Notes under the pieces: model-generated
Databases searched by the model: none
What the model saw: the letters and a program-made list of their open reading frames with translations, nothing else
What the model was told of the DNA's origin: nothing
Position numbers and translations under genes: made by a program
Assembly: GCA_000934665.2 (NCBI GenBank)
Contig: JYFJ02000470.1
Coordinates: 1-64,000 of the forward strand
DNA: 64,000 nucleotides
Direction of reading: 5' to 3'
DNA from: Catajapyx aquilonaris
Taxonomy: Eukaryota
Shown here: positions 55,560 to 64,000 of the stretch, one piece after another
Numbering within the stretch: position 1 is the stretch's first letter
Layout: every line of letters starts with the position of its first letter

Positions 55560-56367
55560 TGGTGGATTTGGTACGTGCTCGTCCGACTCCATGGCTGCTT
55601 GCGGACTCCTCCCTTGTCTAATGTCGAGGGGCGAGTATTCCGGGTGTGGAGCAGGTGAAACTACGACTCATCCGGACATTTCAACCGGAAAGCGCCGCCT
55701 GATTCCGCTGCTCCATTTTACTTTTTCCGGACAAGCACCTCGGCCGCCATCTTGGATCCAACCAGCTGGTTGCCAGAACCTGCCACCATTTCCATCACTC
55801 GAATTTGGAAATACACTCGAAATGTACGACCATGCTCAATGAAATTCGTGCATAATTCATTTTTAGATTATTAAATTAGTAAACAATCGTTGCACTCACA
55901 TTTTCTGAAGTTTACATGTTCCAGTCGGCTATGCGCTTGCTCGTTCCGTGCTGCTATTGGTCACTGTTGCCATAGCTCTATACGGTGATTGGCTACAAAT
56001 CCGCGTCATGCCAGAAAATAATCATGTCAACAATTAGGCCCTGGTTACCGAGCAGTTTAATGAGCCATTTCTATTGCGATAATTCACTGCCTGATTTTTA
56101 GACGCCATTTGAGGTGCAAAAAGGGCGTTAAATGAAGCGACAAGAGGTGTGCGCGAGTATCCCGGATGTGCGTCTCCTCCCCCCTCCCCCTCCTCCCCCT
56201 CCAGAGTTACCCCCTGCCCTGCGTGTGATGCGTGAAAAAAGTGTTTATTCTATTTCGGAGGAGGATCAATAGTGGAGTGGCCGTAGAGCAGGAAGATAGA
56301 AGCCGGGCCAAGCAAGATTGTTCCTCCACTTCCCCCACCCCGGTCCGTTCTCTTCTGATTTGCAGAA
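55560..56367. promoter_or_regulatory. CpG-rich bidirectional promoter between DENND6 (-) and RBM5/10 (+)
   Basis: Full YY1-type motif GCCGCCATCTTG at 55743-55754, second CGCCATTT near 56103, reverse CCAAT boxes near 55955 and 55986, ETS-like CCGGAA. The genes are head-to-head with start codons about 900 bp apart. Confidence 0.7.
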
Positions 56368-57023
56368 ATGGAGGCGATGGCAGCCGCGGCGGCTGCGGCT
56401 GCGGCGGCCACTGCTGCTGCCCTGGGCGAGTCGGAATCGTACGAGGGCTACCGGAACGCCAGCGGAGGATACGGGGGAGCCTACGAGGGAAGCGGAGAAA
56501 GGCAGGCAGACAGGGACTGGTGAGGATACACGTACCTCTTTTAGGTCGACCCTTTTAGCATGTTCGACCATGGAACGAGATTTATTGCACTTGCTCCTGT
56601 GAGAAAATAAATAATAGTTAAATAATACATCTGCATTACTGGCATCTATTAACAGAAATTTCTAGAATTAATATAATATAATAATCCTGGATAAGAGCTT
56701 TCACCCCCGGTGGGGGTATTTCACACTGAACCTTTATTGTACTATTATACATTGGAACCTACTAATTGAAACGCACAGGCCCACGGGCAGGATGACAGGA
56801 GGGGATGTGCAAAGTGCAAGTGCAATGTCTCATGCGGTACATTTTGTGATCTCCCCCGGGTGGCTTAGTCTTTCGGAAATGCCACCCGAGACGAAGCCAG
56901 AGACGACCCAACTCTGCACGAGATGAAGGGGGTGTCCCCGGGCTGGGATCGAACCCGGGACCTTAACGTCCGTGGGCGCATATGTTACTGCAGCACCACT
57001 CCGCCTCCCCTGAAATTTCTAGA

Positions 57024-57082
<59 letters not shown>

Positions 57083-60000
57083 TAATAACTAACATCAGAA
57101 ATACTACTGCAGCAGAAAAATTATTACAGTAGAACCTCGATTATCTGTCACCCACAGGACTGGTGCATTGTCGGATAATAGAATATGTTGGATAATCTGA
57201 GAGGCAAAGGAAAACACAACAAAAAGCATTAAAAATCATGAAATAATGTACAATATTATGCTTTTCTATGAAGTACCAGGTAGTTGAAGTGTTTTTCTTT
57301 TATGTACACACACTGCTGTTTAAAATTTAACTGGGGCAATACAAAGCAAATGATTGCAGTATTTGATGAGAAATGCTTATTGCTGGAGCGGGACTGTTGG
57401 ATAAATGGGTTCTACTGTACGTATAGTCGCAAGCAGAAGACCAGCCCATACGCAGTTTAAATTGACTACAAACATGCACTATAAAGTGTGAATAATTGCA
57501 TCTTAATTAATTTTACACCATATTGCCTCTTTACAATGCACTTTTCATTGGTGCACATATTTTGCTGCCTCCCTAGGTCTTTCTTAAAATGCTACCCCTT
57601 ATATGTACTGTGTAACAAAATTCCACTTGAAAGTGGATCCCATTGTCATTGGACGAACAGGCCGATATCAGCTTCTATTTCGAAGCTCAGCACACTTGAA
57701 TAGGGCGCAAACTGTTGATGTAGCATGAAACAGGAAGTTTCATTTCCTGTCGCTGAGAGATTGATTTTTGTCGCAGGAACTCCTGAATATTGGTTTCAGG
57801 GGTATGATGAAGCGTTTTATGGTGAGGCTTTTCTGTTTGCAAGGGATGTCGAAAGCACAGTGGCTGTTTTTTAAATTCTTGGCCTGTTAAGGGTAGGATT
57901 TCATCATTAAGCTGGAAAATCCAAACCTGCATCTCTAATCTGTCATCTAGTAAAACTTGATGCGTCTTTGTAACTTGAAGCACTGCCGATGTTTCCACAG
58001 AAAACCAGTCTTGACATAGATCTGGATTGTAGATTGGTTTAATATCATGCCTATGAATAAATGTGTGGTGTAAAGGTGTTCCCGAGAGAGGAATGTGGTG
58101 TTCTGATTATGCTAATACAGTGGGGCCACATCGGGGCCATGACAAAAAATTGTCTCATAACACCGGTCGGGTTCTTGTTTTTGACTCCTGTTAACAAAGT
58201 CCGCGCAGGTGTCGAGTGCAGTCACAGGACCGCCGTCATTCCCTACTTGCATAAAAAATCATCAGTAGTATAGCATTATAGCAACCAAACTGGTCCGACT
58301 AACCGTGGAAATCACCAGCTATGCAGGAAAAATTACATTTATGGTATTGATTTGATTCTGGTCCTGGCGATTCGGTCCAAAAATGGAGGGGACCCGATAA
58401 ACTGGGCCACCAATAAAGCGGGTCACACTGTATTTTGTTCATGAGGTCAATGTTCATGAGGTGAAAAAAATTATGTGATGGCATGCAGACAAAAGGAGAA
58501 GAATTTCTTCTTTTCATGTCAGGTTTCTATGTCAAGTGTGACATGGAACGTGAGGTTGCATTATTTTAACTTGAGTCAGGAGGAATAACATTCATAGACT
58601 TGAGAAGTGTTGGAACAAAAAAATCTTATTCATGATCCTCCCCATTCTGCATTGACTTGAAGTTATGAGGAAACGCCACAGATTCTTTGTTGTTGGGGTT
58701 ATCTTCAATACCACAGGTCAATTGGGCTCTAGACCTGGCCCAGTACTTTATTGTTAATGTTACAACTGCAGTCACAACTGCAAATGATTCCTCCAATTAT
58801 TGATGAAAATTGCTTTGAATTTGTTGGACGAAACAACTGCGTAAACAGTCATGAGGTGCCGTTAGATTCAGAGGGATGAGTGACCTTAACGCAGTATTGT
58901 AAATATAACTGCATTGAGGGAGACGGAGTGGCGCCGCGGTAACGCGCGCGCCCACGGAAGTTAAGGTCCCGGGTTCAATCCCCACCCGGGGTTCCCACCT
59001 TCTTTCGTGCAGAGTTGGGCCATCTCTGGCTTCGTTTCGGGTGGCAATTTCCGATAGACTAAGCCACCCGGGGGAGTTCACAAAATGACCAATTAACGAC
59101 AGCGCACATGCACTTTGCACATCCCCTCCTACAATCCCTTGGAACATATTAAGTAATGTTTCATTACATAGTTCCCAATGGTGGTATTTCCACCCCCCTA
59201 TAGACCCAACAGGTCATAACGGGGTACATTTAAAAATAAAAAAATATATATATATATATATATATATAACTGCATTGGAAGACACCTAAGAAATGATCTG
59301 TATTAGTGTAGCCTATTGCATGCCTCAGAGCCTAATTATGCATTGTTTTAATATCTCAAATTTTACAGAATGCTTAAGCATTTGTTTGTTTTCTTTTGAC
59401 AGGGACCGCAGAAGAGACCGGGAGTATGATCGAGACCGCTATGACCGCAACCGTGACCGCTATGATGCAGACCACGCATATGATAGTGATGGTGGGGAGC
59501 GATACCGGAGCAACCAGGATCACTATGATGAAGGTCGTGACCACTATGATGCATCTTCCTCAGGAGGTGGTGGTGGAAGTGGTGGTGGGGACCGGGACAG
59601 ACATGCTGAGTCGTCCTCTACAGAGACCAGGTCCCGTGGTTATGACCGTGAGCGAGGGGACCGTGACAGGGACCGTGATTATGAATCCAGCCGATCACGA
59701 TCCAGCAGAGATGATAAGTACAAGGAGGACCGCTATGACAGGGATCGCCGAGACAAGCGAGACCGCAGCCCAAGACGGGATCGAGACAGAGACAGGGAGC
59801 GGGATAGGGAGCGGGATCGTGAGAGGGATAGGGATCGAGATAGAGACCGTGATCGGAGGGAGGACCGTGGATATGATCGCAGTTGGAGCCATAGAGATGA
59901 TGACTATAGGGACAGGAGCCCTGATAGCTATGGATATGGGAGTGGAAGGTAAGAATGTGTGCCACAGGATCCAAAAATCTTTGTTGTTTTGGGCTCTGTT

Positions 60001-63000
60001 TATTGATATGCGAGTGCAATCGTATTGTTCACATTGCATTGCAGTGATTTTAATCATGAGTATGTACCACAATTCCTCATGCAAAGCTCTATAATTGTAA
60101 TGTACTGTGTTGGCCAGAAAGTTCAGGATGGCAGTTCTGATCTTTTAGGCCAGCACAGTATTTTCATCATAAATGTGATTTATGGAAAATGGAGGCATCC
60201 TGGCATGATGTGGCACACTTCACACATATGACAGATTTGACTCATGTGATTACTTCATAATTTTTATCAGCATAATGATGAGCAAATTGAGGTAGGATGA
60301 CAGCATGTGAAGGGATGCATATTTATTCAATTATTTATTCAATGTGCTAAAATGTTGCTAAAAGACAATGAAGCATTTTTTTTAGTGAAGGCTTTTCTCG
60401 TGATGTGAAGGTATGCTAGGCCAGGATATGCCCTAATATAAGTTAAACACTGCCTTTATGTTGTATAAATTATGACATTTGATTAATTAATTAATTAAAC
60501 CTCTGCATGGGACGCAATGTCTCTCCAGAACAATTCCAGGAGAGATTGAAAAAATACCTCATTTACTGTCGTCATCTGCTAGAATGTAACAAAACTTTGC
60601 TATTTTTCTCACGTCAGTGATTATGACAATAGAACAAGCCGGCGAGAAGGAAGGTCCAACTCGGCAATGGCTTCGGAGGATTCATACAAATCACTACCAC
60701 CCAATAACACCATCATGGTGAGGGGTTTGGCACAACACATTACAGAGAATGATGTAAGTGTACTCATTGACCACGGTAATCCTAAGGCAGCAGTGAGTTA
60801 AAATGTATTTTTCTCTGCAGATTCGACAGGAGATTCTACAGTGTGGATTGATGCCCAAGGACATCAGACTGATCCGTAAAAAAGACACAGGTAATGCGAA
60901 CTAATAGCCAGTTTTTTTCTTCCGTGATCCCCTGCCTTGAGATGTAAACAGGTTGACCACTGTAATATTTCATGAGATGACAAATAGTCAAAGAACTGCT
61001 CACTGGCGAGCTATTTAAGTGCCACCAGCGGTAAATTTTTTTTGATTTGTAGCACATGTGTTTTTGTGTAACTTCTTTTCCCTTGCAGGTGGTAAAAAAC
61101 TATGAACAGGTAGGTATGGAAGATTTTTTACATAACTACTTAACTGTGTCTTCTGGCAAGGGAAATATTGCCTGTGGAAATGCACACGGTTGAAGTTCAA
61201 TTTTGTATGACAAGTATAAATTTGTAAAAGTGGACGCTTTCCCATTGCATTTTCACTCGTAGCTTCACATGGTACCTAAATGTTTAACCTCAAAGTGTGG
61301 CAAGCTAGTGGGCAGTTTTGACCTTTTTTTGGGGGTTGCAGTCTTCGCGGGATGTAGTGTGCCTGACCTTCCTTTCTCCAACCAACCTACACCGCAATAT
61401 TACATGCACATCTGAACATTACCCACCATTGGGAGAGACAATACCCATACCAAAAAAAAAACATGTGCTGAGAGTTGTGCACCACCCCCAAATGGACCTA
61501 GATTGTATTAACGCTGGGTTGTGTTGATCCATCTGTGTAGGTGCGTCAAGAGGCTTTGCTTTCGTCGAGTTTAACACGCTCCAGGAAGCCACACGCTGGA
61601 TGGAGATGAAACAGGTATCCTGCTGGGCCCGCGCCCTCAACAACCTCCTTTGACCCCCTTACTCCCCCCAACACTCGGCTCCCCCAATTCCCGAGATTGG
61701 GAGAGAAGCTTAGGGGGAGCATTTGGGAGGAGCATAGTTCCACACAAGGATGCCGTGGAGTACAGTACCTGCAAGCGTAACAATAAGTTTGTCCAAAAAA
61801 AAAAAAAAAAAAAAGTGATAAAGGGAAAGAGAGGGGTTATGTTGTAAACAAGAGGAGTGATTTCTGCGACTCCAAGTGGACATTGTGTTTTCCTTAGGAT
61901 CTGCGCTTTTGGCTACACTTGGAGATTTGTACATGCGTAGTCTCTTTTTTTTCCATGTGGTTTCACATGCTGTTCGCTGCTGTTCAGGTTCCTCTAGTGC
62001 CTTTCTTTACATTGATTTTTAAGGCCCCCATGATACGCTCCAGTCTTGTTTGTGTCTTGATGCATGCCCAGATACAGCACTAATCAGTACCATCATACAC
62101 TAGATTGTCACCCGAGAAATTGTAACCTTATTAATCTTGTGCCAGCCTTATCATACATCACCTTATAATGAATACTAATTATTAGTGCACACAGTAATCA
62201 GTGTCTAATAGAAGCGACTAGTAGACTTTTGAACAAAAGCTCATTTTGGCCATTAAATTTTTGATGGTCAGGAATTTAGTCGGGTGTCATGCAGGCATAA
62301 TTTTAAAAAAATGACACTTGCGCATGAATTTATTTTTCAATGGGCACCACAAGCACTTTTGCCCTTCTCTGCCTCATTTTCATGCATGAAATTTGAGGGG
62401 CATTTTGGACATGTTGCTTATTGTTTGTGTCTCGTGTGTGTCTTTAGGTAACTGGTGATTGTCCTCTTTTTGTAATGAACTGAGGGACCTTTTTTTAAAT
62501 CCTGTTGTCAACCAACTACTACACCCAAAGACCCTTCCCTACCCCTTTTTTGCTCTTAGAACTTGTAGAGATAGTATTGATCCTCGCAAGCGAACGGTTG
62601 GAAGTGTTGGGAGCAAACCGACGTTTGTTCGGACAGTAAAAATCTATGCAGTTTTGTAGTTGCTAAAATAGAGAGAAATAAGTGCTGGGTCCCACCCCAT
62701 GGATGGGACTTGAAGAGACAGTCAAGTGGCCTAGTGAGAGGGAGAGAAACAGACTCGTTGTCACCAGTCGAGAAAAGGCCCCAGGGAATCTTCCCATAAC
62801 TCCACTTCATGGTATTGAATGCTTTTGTGTTGGGTCTTTCAGGGAGTTCTGATGCTCCAAGACCAGTATCGAGCCATAATGCAGTACAGCATCCCGAAGG
62901 ACGGTGTTGGGGACAGGGGAGCTGGCAAGATTGCACAAGACTGGTATTGCATCAAGGTATGCCAAGTGGATGATTAATCCATGTCTTGCAATTATAATAA

Positions 63001-64000
63001 GAGTGATATGCTTTCTGGGCTGATGACTCTTTTTTTTTTAGTGTGGTGCACATAACTTCAAGCGCCGTGACAGTTGCTTCAAGTGTAATGCTTCCAAGCA
63101 AGAGTCGGAGCAAGGAGGAGAGGGCAGCGATGAAGTTAGTCCTCATCCAACACACAGTAAGTAATGTGTCTCCTTCAAGTTTCAGGGAATGCACAGCACA
63201 CGCCCATCTCATCTGAATTTTATTTCAGCTGTCCTTCTGCGCAACCTGGACGTTCTGTCGACAGAGGACTCGATTCTGCAGGTGATCCAGAACCTTTGCA
63301 CGCTCCCAATTCGTAGTGTCCGGATAGGGCGTGATTCCCTAACCAACACCTCTCGAGGAGTGTGCTACCTGGAGATGAATAGTGTCGTGGATGCTATGTA
63401 CCTCCACAATGCCCTGGCAGGAGATCCTCCTACTATAGATGGGAAGAAGGCACATGTGTCTTACTGCAAACTTCCCCAGCTTGTGTCCAACGTCTCATCT
63501 GCAGTTGCATCTACAGCCCTTGCGGCTGCACAGTGGAGTAACAGTGGCAATGACTCTCAGACCTACACACCTGAGGAAGTGGCTAGGATGGCTGAGTACA
63601 GTGCCTCTCTCTATGCCACTACACCTGAAGAACATGCAAGCTACTTGCGTTATTATCAGCAATATTACCAGGCTGGAGGTGGTGCATCTTCTGTAGCATC
63701 TTCACAGGCTGACTCAGTCAATGCAGCAGCAGCTGTGGCACAGCAAGCTCTAAGACAGCTTCAGGCCAACAAAGAGTTCAAGAAGCAGGCACAGGTTGGT
63801 ATTTGCTTTGCATCATTGATGAAACAGAAAGATGAGACCCATTGTGTTTTTTAGGATGACTTGCACAGGAAGGATGATAAGTTGGCTGCTGCTGCAGAGG
63901 CTGCAGCCCTGGCTGTTGCAAGTGGGCCGGGCAGTAGGGGGAGCAAGTCGGAAGAGAGTACAGCTGGCACAGCATCTGTTGCAAATGCCGCACAAGTACT
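56368..64000 (+). CDS. RBM5/10: RBM5/RBM10-family splicing regulator (RD/RE-rich N-terminus, RRM1, RanBP2 zinc finger, RRM2); 3' end beyond the window
   Basis: Exons 56368-56519, 59403-59948, 60618-60753, 60821-60890, 61541-61614, 62841-62955, 63042-63157, 63229-63794 and 63855 onward. NTIMVRGL, GASRGFAFVEF..ATRWME, DWYCIK|CGAHNFKRRDSCFKC, VLLRNLD..RDSLTNTSRGVCYLE, ALAAAQWS. Confidence 0.93.
56674..57011 (-). mobile_element. tRNA-derived SINE (copy C) in RBM5/10 intron 1
   Basis: Minus strand reads GGGGAGGCGGAGTGGTGCTGCAGTAAC..GGTTCGATCCC. 19-bp TSD GAAATTTCTAGAATTAATA at 56655-56673 and 57012-57030. Confidence 0.9.
57026..57088. repeat. (ATA)n microsatellite
   Basis: About 20 ATA units directly following the SINE TSD. 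Confidence 0.9.
57127..57417. mobile_element. pogo/Tigger-like MITE with TA duplication
   Basis: TA|CAGTAGAACCTCGATTATC ... GGATAAATGGGTTCTACTG|TA, with internal GGATAA repeats. Confidence 0.8.
58917..59263 (+). mobile_element. tRNA-derived SINE (copy B) in RBM5/10 intron 1
   Basis: A-box-like TGGCGCCGCGG, B-box GGTTCAATCCC, A-rich/(TA)n tail, 14-bp TSD ATATAACTGCATTG at 58903-58916 and 59264-59277. Confidence 0.9.

Noticed and set aside
57640..58700. Coding-like intronic stretch, possibly a decayed transposase
   Set aside because: No recognisable motif or termini; many stops.
59396..60094. Overlapping long ORFs in other frames across the RD-repeat exon
   Set aside because: By-products of low-complexity Arg-Asp coding in RBM5/10.
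61615..61625. GTATCCTG donor as a second U12 intron
   Set aside because: It departs from GTATCCTT at +8, and the downstream acceptor has a U2-type pyrimidine tract with no well-placed CCTTAAC branch.

Overview
Gene-dense, intron-rich animal genomic DNA, most likely an invertebrate or arthropod (GT-AG introns often 50-120 nt, CpG-poor gene bodies, CpG-rich promoters). It is not prokaryotic, and no CRISPR array, rRNA or true tRNA gene is seen. Ten protein-coding genes were reconstructed by reading splice sites and frames: HEXIM-like (+), an orphan tail-anchored membrane protein (+), Nup188 (+), a small gene resembling augmin subunit HAUS7 (-), Sec13 (-), BRPF1/peregrin (+), PHYH (+), Slob/PXK-like pseudokinase (+), DENND6/FAM116 (-) and RBM5/10 (+, runs off the end). 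Introns carry TA-flanked MITEs and foldback elements (one nested), a mariner-derived palindrome and tRNA-derived SINEs with target-site duplications. Highlights: a U12-type intron in PHYH, the probable HAUS7 orthologue, a Slob with an N-terminal membrane anchor, a HEXIM whose PYNT motif reads PKNS, a hairpin MITE pair with a flipped internal module, SINE module shuffling with an inverted SINE pair in RBM5/10 intron 1, candidate micro/poison exons, and clustering of genes whose human homologues map to the 3p/22q13/X paralogon. All homology calls come from remembered family motifs, not database searches. I found no clear wholly new multi-gene system.
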